Positions 19,701 through 29,186 are shown, counted from the first letter of the stretch. The stretch: DNA of 64,000 nucleotides from Sedimentisphaeraceae bacterium JB056 (GCA_044440125.1 JBITAJ010000012.1:1-64000), one strand, 5' to 3'. Program-made: numbers and translations. Notes: generated by a model not told the origin, from the sequence alone.

Positions 19701-20627
19701 GGCGATTCTTATGTACTTGTCAAAGTTCCTCACCTTGACCCAAGCAGTTCAGATAATCACATATTTATAAACTGGGGTGATTCTAACGCTCACTTCTATG
19801 AGTATCAGGAAGAGTTAAATCCTGACTTGGATAGTTTTTCTGTTAGTTTCTGGGTTAAGAACGATACATCGACCGGTCTGTATTATATGGTTAATAAAGG
19901 TAATGACAGCAGCAGTTCAGAAGTTGGCTGGAGTTTCTTCCGCGACTCAGCCACTTACAGTAATCGCTTGAGATTCAGAGTACAAGGAAACTATTATGTC
20001 AGCAGTGAAAATTTTACGGATACCTCGAACTGGCATCATGTAGCTGGTGTTCTTGACCGGTCTAATAATCTTCTAAAGCTTTACTTGGACTCTGTCTACG
20101 CAGGATCATGCAGTATTTCAAGTGTAAGTTCTATTTTCTCTGCTGAAGATTATACTGTTTATTCAGGTTCTTATGGTAATGTTGATGATGTACATATCAT
20201 ACGCCAAGCTCTAACGGCTAACGATATAACTGCTCTTTACAATGCAGGCAGAAACGGAGCCGTTAGCCAAGCTTTCGTTACATTGCCAACCGTTACTATC
20301 TCTACTTCAGACTATTATGCGTATGAATCGAATACTGCTAATACAGCCAGTTATACAGTTACTCGTACTGGTAGTACAACAGGTTCGCTTGATGTACACT
20401 ATTACATGTATAGTACAGCAACAAACGGTGAAGATTACAATAAGCTTTCAGGTACAGTAACAATACCTGCAGGTAACTCTTCGGCAATGATAACTGTTAC
20501 AGCTATAAATGATACTGAAGATGAATCTTTGTATGAATGGGCAGAGATAAGTCTTTTGGATGGCGTTGACTATGATCTTGGTGCCGCTGCAACAGCATAT
20601 GCCTATGTAGTTGATGATGATCCTTGA
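16713..20627 (+). CDS. Large secreted multidomain protein: two ~230-aa repeats, Asp-box/sialidase-like propeller, DUF2341-like region, LamG and Calx-beta-like domains
   Basis: GGAG RBS and signal peptide. Repeats run LAYExFDY...DEFRxGTxWxxVV. Asp-boxes SNDAGKTW, SDDGGQNW and STDDGFTW. LamG motif NWHHVAGV. Calx-beta motif TVTRTGSTT...ATNGEDY...GTVTIPAG. Confidence 0.82.
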   Translation: MARRMIFIILCVICSNISVFSAVLAYEGFDYSTSGLNGQSGGTGFSGSWSATGVETSAGSLSAPSAYGLSTTGGKVAADMSGTSMRRFLSTGLNLNPASQTTYYLSMLFERQDSSNDGSGEWISIFRLKNSSNQQILKFTTGSGENISITDDNATDFFTKPDCFEIGKTYLVVMKIEARNDGFDNAYIKLFDEDTAYITDDLDYLNSDVHISFDSSSTITNITTDFGTNQNYVYFDEFRIGTAWADVVGGDFVPKLAYEDFDYGTAGLNGQNGGTGFNGAWTASGIETSSTSLAAPAGYEYVPSGGDVAADNSGQEARREFAFDINLDPEVGDNLVYYFSVLFKKIDTTGDQESNEYIQPIRLLNSSNTVIVDYIIGSNESVATMINGGVAVATSSDYIEKDQTYLLVGKLLCRGSNTPQYLDTDDVSYIKVLKVGTDTVYSEPKDEQYWDCIATANCSDTISKVALKFGANQTAVHIDEFRVGTTWDQVVNNDKELIPPISDYLRDDYLHCSSSEISRIESATDKGLMNIRPVILPEGENFLGSNFHMGWPVAAMSDDTIIMHSRRFVYHTATTEFKQTYPSFADDYSQIFYCISNDAGKTWGPMIDIQPFFAGSSGDTIGGMMNIGTNNNDEFILRYKGMAISDDGGQNWALSEGAFDNCNTTDSEGMGPIIINHPVFGLMMFNGSDADEEGTPPWKAYIRRSTDDGFTWDDISWDTSKDGDYDYTWPKEPAALTWGPGHILLISRDHSSEFPDDGSTWAMSQHLYKYESGDTFSASDIVFETQRSNIEGNLWDNIWANDTADVSYNPVTGRIEVLHCARFGGGPGYDGNNTEVAKETLNIWSIDPDELLAGSNVWRFEGTMLVRNDRHSPATKIDGLHPGSAVIDEDNDLQHIYVYAGGHCGEEVGVFQIDRTLNTGQLSAYLKSSLPNCQYTKKITLDCDDLYDELSDVIVTIKLNSSNIVYNQFKANADDMYFTDSQQNILRHYIYQWNTSGDSYVLVKVPHLDPSSSDNHIFINWGDSNAHFYEYQEELNPDLDSFSVSFWVKNDTSTGLYYMVNKGNDSSSSEVGWSFFRDSATYSNRLRFRVQGNYYVSSENFTDTSNWHHVAGVLDRSNNLLKLYLDSVYAGSCSISSVSSIFSAEDYTVYSGSYGNVDDVHIIRQALTANDITALYNAGRNGAVSQAFVTLPTVTISTSDYYAYESNTANTASYTVTRTGSTTGSLDVHYYMYSTATNGEDYNKLSGTVTIPAGNSSAMITVTAINDTEDESLYEWAEISLLDGVDYDLGAAATAYAYVVDDDP

Positions 20628-20831
20628 ACCCTGGTAGGTGATATTGCTCCCAGTGGCGGCGATGGTATAGTTAACCTAAAAGATTTTACAAAATTTGCAT
20701 CTGCATGGTTGAGCAATCCTACGGACTCAAATTGGAATATTGAAAGCAACTTATATCCAGAAGAAGGAGACGATGTAATTGATATTCAAGATTTCAGAGT
20801 GTTTGTTGAAATTTGGTTATTGGGCTATTAA
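20628..20831 (+). other. In-frame 67-codon dockerin-like extension behind the TGA of the 16713 gene
   Basis: Translates as TLVGDIAPSGGDGIVNLKDFTKFASAWLSNPTDSNWNIESNLYPEEGDDVIDIQDFRVFVEIWLLGY*. No ATG of its own. Confidence 0.85.
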
Positions 20832-20888
20832 TAGACATTTAATAAAGATGATAAGTTTATTTATTGGTAAGTAAAGGTAGATCGTAGC

Positions 20889-21974
20889 ATGACATCAAAA
20901 GAACGAGTTTTGGCATCCATAAATTTCTCGCAGCCTGATAGAGTACCTGTTGATTTTAGCGCAAATAGATGGGTTTTGGAAAAGCTTTATAAGGCAACAG
21001 GTATTAATGATTACAGCCAACTTTTAAGGCACTATAACGCTGATATTGTGGATTTGCGTGGCATTGTCGACCCCGTCTATAAAGGTCCGGTTCCTTATAT
21101 TGATGTTCAGGAAGATGGCATCCGCCAGAATTTTTGGGGTTGGCGTACAAGAATATGTGAAACTGCTACCGGCCCTGAAGAGATGTATGCTGAATTCATT
21201 TTACAAAATGCTGACCTGACTCAAGTTGAAAATCATCAATGGCCTCAGGTTGACTGGTTTGATTTTGCTGATTTTTCAGAACGGTTAAAACCATGGTCTG
21301 ATTTTGCAATCATGGCAAGCGGTGCGAGTATTTGGCAGCATCCATCTTTCTTGAGAAGTCTTGATCAGCTTCTAATGGATGTTGCTCTTCAAGATGAAGC
21401 TGGAATTTATGTCATAGATAAATTTGTGGAATTTTATACAAATTATTTTGACAAAATGTTTAGCTCTGCACCAAATCAAATACAAATTCTCAGAATAGCA
21501 GACGATATTGGCATGCAGGACAGATTGATATTCAGCCCGTCTCAATTCAACAGCTTTCTTGCACCTCGCTTAAGAAATATTGTTGACATGGCTCATAGCC
21601 ACAACGTGAAGGTAATGTTCCACTCTTGTGGAGCGGTAGAGCCTTTGATTAATAATATCATAGATATAGGTATTGATATTCTTGATCCGTTACAGATAAC
21701 AGCTTCTGGCATGGACCCCGATATATTGAAACAGAAATATGGCAGCAGAATATGTTTACACGGTTCTATTGATACCCAATATTTGCTTCCAAACGGTACT
21801 CCTGAAGATATAATTGAAAATGTCAAAAAAATGATAACGATACTTTCACCGGATGGCGGCTTTATTCTTTCGCCTACACACATACTTCAAAATGATGTCT
21901 CTGTTGAGAATATTGAAGCTCTTTATTCCACTGCCGAGAAATACGGCAGCTATGAAAGTGCTAACTTTGTTTGA
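20889..21974 (+). CDS. Uroporphyrinogen decarboxylase / MtaA-CmuA-like family protein
   Basis: Motifs MTSKERV...PDRVP, ADDIGMQ, FHSCG, DILDPLQ, HGSIDTQ, GGFILSPTH and ENIEA. Confidence 0.85.
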   Translation: MTSKERVLASINFSQPDRVPVDFSANRWVLEKLYKATGINDYSQLLRHYNADIVDLRGIVDPVYKGPVPYIDVQEDGIRQNFWGWRTRICETATGPEEMYAEFILQNADLTQVENHQWPQVDWFDFADFSERLKPWSDFAIMASGASIWQHPSFLRSLDQLLMDVALQDEAGIYVIDKFVEFYTNYFDKMFSSAPNQIQILRIADDIGMQDRLIFSPSQFNSFLAPRLRNIVDMAHSHNVKVMFHSCGAVEPLINNIIDIGIDILDPLQITASGMDPDILKQKYGSRICLHGSIDTQYLLPNGTPEDIIENVKKMITILSPDGGFILSPTHILQNDVSVENIEALYSTAEKYGSYESANFV

Positions 21975-22000
21975 AAGTTAAATTTCTAAGGAGACATCTG

Positions 22001-23104
22001 GTGATAAATGCTAAGCGTTTAGTTTTATATATTTCTGTGGTAACTTTTATTTTGCCGTTTTCAGTAAGTGCTGGGAAAAGTTCAAAGTCTTTTTTTAACT
22101 GGACTAACGATTTAATTCTGCCTCCAGCTTCCGGCCAGTCTGAATCATTAGGTGTTGCAGGTCCATTTGCAGGTGTCAGTAATGATGCATTGATAGTTGC
22201 AGGCGGAGCTAACTTTCCTAAGCCTTATTGGGGCCAAAATAAAACATGGTTCTCTGATATCTGGGTGACTGAAAAAGAAGATTCTGGATATAAATGGTAC
22301 ACAGGCTTTAAGTTGGACCGGCCAATTGCTTACGGCATGACAGTGACAACTCAGTATGGAGTTGTTTGCATGGGTGGTGCAGATGCCAACCAATGTTTTG
22401 CAGATGTTTTTATTCTGAGCTGGGATAAAAATAATAAAAAGATCACAAAAAAAGTTCTACCATCAATGCCTGAAAAATGTGCCTTTGGCAGTGCAACCGT
22501 TATTGGTGATAAAATCTATGTTGCTGGCGGACTAAGCTCAGTAAGACTTGATTCCGCAATGAAAAATTTCTGGTTATTGGATTTGTCTAAAAAAGATACA
22601 GATGGATTTGCGTGGCAAACACTTACCAAGTGGCCAGGTCCTCAGAGAGCATTTAATGTTACTGTCGCTCAACAAAATAAAGACAGTAATTGTGTTTATG
22701 TAATTAGCGGCAGAATGCAAAAAGATCAGACAACTGCATTTTTGAAAGACACCTATGAATATGATCTGATCAGCAATAGCTGGAGAGAATGTGCAAAACT
22801 TCCAACACCAGTTTGTGCTGGAGTTGGTGCGGCAATTGGTCAGAGTGATATATTTCTTTTTGGTGGAGCAGACGGTACACTTTGGGATAAAGTAGACGAT
22901 CTTGGTGATAATCATCCCGGTTTCCCAAAAGATATATGGGCTTATAATACAATTTCAGATACATGGCGCAAAGCAGGTCAGGTACCTCAAACGCATGTTA
23001 CTGCCGCATCTGTTAAATGGAATGGCAAATATTTGATTGTCAGTGGCGAAGTCAGGCCTCTTGTCAGAACTCCCAAAATATTACAAGCAGAACCAATTTT
23101 ATAG
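22001..23104 (+). CDS. Kelch-repeat NanM-like (N-acetylneuraminate mutarotase-type) protein
   Basis: AAGGAG RBS then GTG, signal peptide, GVAGPFAG...VAGGANFP, and repeated GG...W Kelch blades. Confidence 0.8.
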   Translation: MINAKRLVLYISVVTFILPFSVSAGKSSKSFFNWTNDLILPPASGQSESLGVAGPFAGVSNDALIVAGGANFPKPYWGQNKTWFSDIWVTEKEDSGYKWYTGFKLDRPIAYGMTVTTQYGVVCMGGADANQCFADVFILSWDKNNKKITKKVLPSMPEKCAFGSATVIGDKIYVAGGLSSVRLDSAMKNFWLLDLSKKDTDGFAWQTLTKWPGPQRAFNVTVAQQNKDSNCVYVISGRMQKDQTTAFLKDTYEYDLISNSWRECAKLPTPVCAGVGAAIGQSDIFLFGGADGTLWDKVDDLGDNHPGFPKDIWAYNTISDTWRKAGQVPQTHVTAASVKWNGKYLIVSGEVRPLVRTPKILQAEPIL

Positions 23105-23278
23105 TCTGTCTATATAATCATATAAAATTTTAAGAGCCAAAATGTAATTGTTATAGGCCGCAGCAATATGAGATTGTCAGCTAAGATTCCCAGAAATCTT
23201 ATCGAAAATAATCTCTTTACTACGCCGCCTTGTAAAGGGTAAATTATTTTAAGAAGCAAATGAGTCTTTGAAAGGATC

Positions 23279-24804
23279 ATGATGAAGCGTAATATCTTAG
23301 TTTTTTCTATTTTAATTATATGTATTAATTCATTGCTTATTGCAGATGTTAAGCTTCCTGCCATCATTGGTAACAATATGGCATTACAGCAAAAAACAGA
23401 TGCTTGTATATGGGGGTGGGCAGACTCTAATGAGACTGTTTCTATAAAATCAACTTGGCAGTCCTCTACAATTAAAACCAAAGCAGATAGCAATGGCAAA
23501 TGGAAAACTAAGATCAAAACTCCTCAAGCAGGCGGGCCGCATACCCTTACGATAAAGGGAAATAATACGATTGAAATCAAAAATATTATTATCGGAGAAG
23601 TTTGGCTTTGTTCTGGACAGTCGAATATGGAGATGCCGATGAAAGGCTATAATAATCAGCCAGTTGCAAATAGCTCTGAAGAGATAGCAAGTTCTTCTAA
23701 TAAATCTATTCGGCTTTTTAAGGTGGCAAGAAATATTTCTGATGTCCCTGTCGAAGATACAAAAGGTTCATGGGTTGAGTGTACTCCTGATACCGTCAAA
23801 GATTTTAGCGCTACTGGATATTATTTTGGCAGAAAAATTAATAAAGAAACCCAATATCCTGTTGGATTGATTTGCAGTTCATGGGGAGGAACTTTGGCCC
23901 AGGCTTGGACACGTCTTGATTTTATTAAGTACGATGATAATCTAAATCCTGTGATTGGTTATTATAATACAAACCTTGAGAAATGGAAAAAGCATGTCTT
24001 GAAGCTGGATCAGAAAAACCATGTCGTAGAGCTGGGATACGGGCTAATGATGAGTCCGGAGTTCTTTATAACGGAATGATTGCACCTATAACTAATATGA
24101 CAATTCGTGGTACTATTTGGTATCAGGGTGAATCAAATACAAATGATGCATATAGGTATAGAGATCTTTTTCCAACAATGATTGATAATTGGCGATGTGA
24201 TTTCAAGAATTATCAAATGCCGTTTTATTTTGTCCAATTAGCAAGTTTTACGGATCAAAAGCCTGGTCGGCAAGTTGAACCGTACAGAGGACAGCCTCGG
24301 GATCATTCATGGGCAGAATTAAGGGAAGCACAATTTATGACTTCTTTTATGAAAAACAATGGTATGGCAGTTATAATTGACATTGGAGAATCAAACTGCA
24401 TTCATCCTGCCAATAAAAAAGATGTTGGTGAGCGTCTTGCTCTTTGGGCATTGGCTAAAGATTACGGACACGATATTGAATGCTCCGGACCATTATATGC
24501 TGGTTATAAAATCGAAGGCAGAAAAATCAGGGTTATGTTTAGCCATGCACAAAGTGGTCTAATCTTCAAAGATGGAAAGCCAAAGGGATTTGCGATTGCT
24601 GGTGAGGACAAAAAGTTCGTTTGGGCTGATGCACAGATTGATGGTGACACAGTTCTTGTATATAGTGATGCAATTGATACTCCAGTTGCTGTTAGATATG
24701 CTTGGGATGTGGACCCTGAAAATAGCCTTTATAATAAGTCAAATTTGCCAGCGTCACCTTTTAGGACAGATGACTGGAATGGTTTAACTTTTGGTAAAAA
24801 ATGA
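23279..24804 (+). pseudogene. Sialate O-acetylesterase (SASA) split by a frameshift near 23986-23992
   Basis: ORF 23279-24079 has a signal peptide, GEVWLCSGQSNME and WGGT. Overlapping ORF 23983-24804 has LYNGMIAP, WYQGESN, IHPANKKDVGERLA and PASPFRTD. Confidence 0.88.
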
Positions 24805-24928
24805 TATATGGAGATATGATAAGTATCGATACCTCTCAAGTGTTTGTTGTTGATTCTTTATTATATGAGCAATTTGTAAGTATAACTTTTTTAATAACTT
24901 TACAAAAACAACCAGATGGGATATTTTT

Positions 24929-24990
24929 TCTCTGTTAAGTAAAAAGGCTGCAAGTTCTTAGAATCAAGAATTTGAAGCCTTTTCTTGTTT
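24929..24990 (+). repeat. Degenerate copy of the tRNA-Ser 3' end plus terminator (attR-like); also a terminator between convergent genes
   Basis: TCTCTGTTAAGTAAAAAGGCTGCAAGTTCTTAGAATCAAGAATTTGAAGCCTTTTCTTGTTT aligns with 9342-9412. Confidence 0.75.
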
Positions 24991-25058
24991 TATGCAGTTA
25001 TTACAGTAGAGTCATATCAGTAAAATTTAATCAAATTTGCTGTCTATTCTATGTGTCC

Positions 25059-26561
25059 TCATTTATGCGTTTTTTTACGGTTAAATAGTTTTGTCAGGAT
25101 AATGCCTAATACGAATATGAATATATTTGCAAGTGTTCCAAGCCAAACTCCGTCAGGCATTTTACTGCTGATTGACGGGCATAATTTCTCTCCTGCAGAA
25201 CTTTGAATTGCCAGGAATAAACAAACGCATAAAACAGTTGTTATCGTAGAAATCAATGCTGTTTTGCTGCTGACACTTTTTGTAAGGAAGCCGAGCATAA
25301 ACAAGCCAAGCAGACCTCCGCCGAATATTGAGAATGCGAGTGTCTGTATGTCATTGAGTGTTTGAGTACGCGTCCAGTGTATCGTCATTGCTGTGATTAT
25401 CATTATGAGGCTGAAAAGTACAGAGAATATTCTGCCCATCTTAAGATAGTGATTGTCGCTGTTTTTTTTGCTTATCAGTCTTTTGTAAAAGTCGTTAGTT
25501 AGTGTTGCTGCTGTCGCATTTACAAGAGAATCGAGAGTTGACATTGCAGATGCTACCAGACCAAGTATTACGAACCCGGCAAGTCCTGATGGTACTTGTC
25601 TTAGAATGAAGAAAGGCAGTATCTGCTCAGGCCCTTCAAGATTCTGCAGATCGGCGGTTGGATTTATTTTATAGAATACATATATTGCTGTGCCGATAAA
25701 GAAAAAGTATGTCCACATTGGAACCGTTAGAGCTGCACCGAACAGCATTGACTTGCGGGCTTCTTTTAATGTTTTAGGAGCACAATATCTCTGAACCATG
25801 CTTTGATCGGTACACATAATTTGAATCCAGAACAGAGGAGACATAAACAGTAATGTCCAAAACTCTCTTTGTGATAAGTCCCAGGTAGTATCTCCCAAAG
25901 AGAATTTATTGTCTTCCATTCCCATCGAGATAATTTGTCCGAATCCGCCGGGCAAATGTTTGATGACGATGGGCAGGCATATAAATGCACCGCCTATCAA
26001 CGCAATTGCCTGTATCACATCAGTCCATATAACAGCTTCCAATCCACCAGCAACAGTATAAATTGCAACTATAATTCCAAACAGCAGTATCACGAACGGC
26101 ATCGGCCAGTTTGTCATGGCTTGTATGGCAAGGCTTGCCGCATACAGAATTATTCCTATCCTGAAAATCTGCATTAGAATAAATCCTGCTGCCGCGTAGA
26201 ATCTTGCCCATGCTCCAAACCTGATTTCGAGATATTCGTAAGCACTGCTTATTTTCACCTTTCTATAGTAAGGCATAAACAGGAAGAGTGCCATGATGAG
26301 TGCGATGAAATAACCGGCGGTAGGTGTCATGAATTTCCAGTTGCCAGCATAAGCGCTGCCGGGATTGGCAAGGAATGACATTGAACTGATGACCGTTGCC
26401 ATCATTGAAAAACCGACTACCCAGCCGTTCATGTTACGTCCGGCGAGAAAATATGTTTCAGCAGATTTGTTACGTCTGGCACATATTGAGCCGATAAATA
26501 TCATCGCTATAAAGCCAACTGTCAGAACGACCAGATCCGGCCATCGAATTGTATAACCCAT
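25059..26561 (-). CDS. Sodium:solute symporter
   Basis: Motifs YFLAGRNM, SAYEYLEIRFG, GGLEAVIWTD, DQSMVQRY and ASAMSTLDS. Confidence 0.92.
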   Translation of the reverse strand: MGYTIRWPDLVVLTVGFIAMIFIGSICARRNKSAETYFLAGRNMNGWVVGFSMMATVISSMSFLANPGSAYAGNWKFMTPTAGYFIALIMALFLFMPYYRKVKISSAYEYLEIRFGAWARFYAAAGFILMQIFRIGIILYAASLAIQAMTNWPMPFVILLFGIIVAIYTVAGGLEAVIWTDVIQAIALIGGAFICLPIVIKHLPGGFGQIISMGMEDNKFSLGDTTWDLSQREFWTLLFMSPLFWIQIMCTDQSMVQRYCAPKTLKEARKSMLFGAALTVPMWTYFFFIGTAIYVFYKINPTADLQNLEGPEQILPFFILRQVPSGLAGFVILGLVASAMSTLDSLVNATAATLTNDFYKRLISKKNSDNHYLKMGRIFSVLFSLIMIITAMTIHWTRTQTLNDIQTLAFSIFGGGLLGLFMLGFLTKSVSSKTALISTITTVLCVCLFLAIQSSAGEKLCPSISSKMPDGVWLGTLANIFIFVLGIILTKLFNRKKTHK

Positions 26562-26583
26562 TTAATATCCTTTTGTATGATCT

Positions 26584-29082
26584 TTAGTTGTTAGTTACTC
26601 TTCCGCTTGAAAGCCAGTATTCGGATAGCCGGCTCAAATCTTCAATACTTACAATACAATCGTTGTTATAATCAAAGTCGACGACTCCTCTGCATTGAGA
26701 GGTTGTGTCAGATTCAACACCTGCGTTATAAAGCTCGTCAATATGTCCTTGTTCAAGAGCATAGTCATATACTCTTATCACCGATATATCTCCTGTGTAA
26801 TACAAGTCGTCTCTTGGTGTGCTTAATTGAGTTGGTTCACCTGTAGAAAATACAAAATCACTGATTGATGTGGCAGTAACTGATGTTGTGCCGCTGTCAA
26901 TCAGCGATCCGTTGACCCATATCCAATACGGCATATCAATTGTACCAGTTGTTGAATTATATACAGCAATATCTTTTGCAAAGACTAAATGAGTCCATGT
27001 GTCTGTGCTGTAGTCGAGAATATTGTCGCTTCTGAAATGGAATGCTGCCTTAAGACTTGTCAGTGTTGACTCATTATCTCTTTGCTGGAATTCAAGTGAG
27101 TATTTTCCGCTGCCGGCATCGCATCTTACATCGAATCTCCATCCGTTATCCAAGCTGTCTATATTGCCGATTACCATTCCGGTAAGCTTTGAATTATTTA
27201 TCTGCTGATTTTGCCTCAGCCATACTTCGATTGTGCAGGCATCTGAACCCATACCAATTAAATTGTCAGGATCGACATTAACAACCTGGTCGTTATTTTC
27301 TGTTGTGGAATCAAATCTATAGAACCATACAGCTTTATTATCGGCAGCGTTTTCTGCCGTGATCTCAGGTATTCCTGTAAGATCTCCAGTGCCGCTGCCT
27401 GTTACAGGTTTCCAGTATGTTTCTGTTTGGCTTCCCGCATTATCTGCATTCATCTCGAAAACAGGATTGGCTGACCAGTTGGGTGTCATAAGGTCAATCC
27501 ATATTATTCTTGCACTTTCACCTGAATCAAGTTTAATATAGATATCATTGTCGCCTGATTCTAAATATTCTATCGGTACAATCCATGCTTTATAATCTTC
27601 TTCCTCGCCCTTGAAGTTAGGGTAAGTATTATCGTAAATTTCACTCACGTCTCCCGTTGGGCTAAGCTGATAACCATTGATTTTTGCGGTCCAGCTGCTG
27701 TCTGCTATAGAGGCGTCTGCTCTTATTCTTAATTTGCTCTGTCCATAGAGTTGAGGGTATAGAGGCATGGTAAAAGTATAACTGCTTCCTGCGGAGAAGA
27801 CACGGTTAAGCGGTCTGTTGCTGATAGGCGGGGAGTTCCATATTCCGCCTATAAAGTGATAATGATTTTGTGAAGCAAGCCACTGCGGTTCTCCAAGATG
27901 TTCCATTATCTCAAACGGCGGTTCGGTGAATGGTGCGCCGATATCTTCGCCATGATCGCGATAATATTGGAAGTTGAACAAGCTGACTCCTGAAGCCCCT
28001 TCGTTGTAAGCAATATGAGCGCTTGTATAGAATTGCTCGGCTGTTGTTCGCAGATAATCATAACTGTCGTATACTCCCGGTACGGGGTTGCCCGTCAGCG
28101 GTGTACCTGTCATTTCATAGTAAACGGCAGTATCGGGTATCAGGGCTTTAATTTCAGCTATTTCTGCCTGCTGATCTGTAAAGAAGTATGATGAAAGATT
28201 GACCATGTCAACGCCGGCAGCTACCATTGACGGTAAGTCAATACCTAATGCATCATGCGTACTGATATAGCATGGTACGCGTACACAAAGCCACTTATAG
28301 TCGCCTTCAGCTGTATTGTCATCCAGATAGCCCCTTACATCCGCTATTACAGAAGTCATTATGTTGGCTCGTTCAAAGCTCGTTGTTGCAGATGTATCAA
28401 AGAAGCTGCACATTCTCATGAAATCAAGCTCAAGACCGTCAATATCGTAGTTCTCGCATATCTCTTCAATAGAGGCCAGCTTATATTCTCTTACTGCCGG
28501 TATCGCCCAGTTTTGTACTCTTTCGTACCAACTGTCAAGGTTATCGCCAATTCTGTAATCTGGATTATTTTTATAAAAAGGAGTAATGTTATTGCATGCA
28601 CCAGAAGGTATCTGACCGGGTAGATCATTAACATTATCAAGCCTGTGACCATCATTTAGTCTGAATGAGATAAATGGTGTTAGTCCCTTTTCACGGCATC
28701 TATCTACAAAGACTTGAACTACATCGCCGTCATTTATCATATACATTCCAAAGCTGTCAGGATTGACCTGATAGGTGTTCATAAACCAGAAGTAGTGATC
28801 AGGGGCTGGATACACAGTGCTTTTCCACCATGGAACCCAGCAAACTCCCGGTTGAAGCATATGAACCTCAACGCCTGTCCCTACTGTCTCATCAACGCTT
28901 GCCCGTAGCTTTTCTGAATTGAATGGACTGGCTACTGTCTGATAAGGTGAGATACACGAATATATATTGGTAGTGTCGTTACTATATAATACCTTAAACG
29001 GGGAGGTTGGCCTTTCTGAATAACAAACACATGTCGATATTAATAAAATACATAGACAGGTATATCTTTTTGCTTTAGACAT
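26584..29082 (-). CDS. Secreted putative glycoside hydrolase-like TIM barrel + LamG + dockerin-like tail
   Basis: Signal peptide. ENYDIDGLELDFMR resembles the GHL10/DUF187 motif. LamG motif GDISVIRVYDYAL. C-terminal FDYNNDCIVSIEDLSRLSEYWL. Paralog of 34898 (N part) and 32992 (C part). Confidence 0.72.
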   Translation of the reverse strand: MSKAKRYTCLCILLISTCVCYSERPTSPFKVLYSNDTTNIYSCISPYQTVASPFNSEKLRASVDETVGTGVEVHMLQPGVCWVPWWKSTVYPAPDHYFWFMNTYQVNPDSFGMYMINDGDVVQVFVDRCREKGLTPFISFRLNDGHRLDNVNDLPGQIPSGACNNITPFYKNNPDYRIGDNLDSWYERVQNWAIPAVREYKLASIEEICENYDIDGLELDFMRMCSFFDTSATTSFERANIMTSVIADVRGYLDDNTAEGDYKWLCVRVPCYISTHDALGIDLPSMVAAGVDMVNLSSYFFTDQQAEIAEIKALIPDTAVYYEMTGTPLTGNPVPGVYDSYDYLRTTAEQFYTSAHIAYNEGASGVSLFNFQYYRDHGEDIGAPFTEPPFEIMEHLGEPQWLASQNHYHFIGGIWNSPPISNRPLNRVFSAGSSYTFTMPLYPQLYGQSKLRIRADASIADSSWTAKINGYQLSPTGDVSEIYDNTYPNFKGEEEDYKAWIVPIEYLESGDNDIYIKLDSGESARIIWIDLMTPNWSANPVFEMNADNAGSQTETYWKPVTGSGTGDLTGIPEITAENAADNKAVWFYRFDSTTENNDQVVNVDPDNLIGMGSDACTIEVWLRQNQQINNSKLTGMVIGNIDSLDNGWRFDVRCDAGSGKYSLEFQQRDNESTLTSLKAAFHFRSDNILDYSTDTWTHLVFAKDIAVYNSTTGTIDMPYWIWVNGSLIDSGTTSVTATSISDFVFSTGEPTQLSTPRDDLYYTGDISVIRVYDYALEQGHIDELYNAGVESDTTSQCRGVVDFDYNNDCIVSIEDLSRLSEYWLSSGRVTNN

Positions 29083-29186
29083 ACGCAACTCCTTAAAGAA
29101 TTTCAATTAATGATGCAGACAAAATCGAAAATCAGCTGAACATAGAGTGTATATCATTGGAAGATTTTGTCAATCGCATTATCTTT

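Noticed and set aside
20625..20680. Selenocysteine recoding of the in-frame TGA
   Set aside because: Only a weak hairpin follows, the position is a linker rather than a redox motif, and no sel genes are in the window. It cannot be supported from sequence alone.
23110..23517. 135-aa minus-strand ORF
   Set aside because: Largely antisense to the acetylesterase 5' end, with no motif or RBS support.
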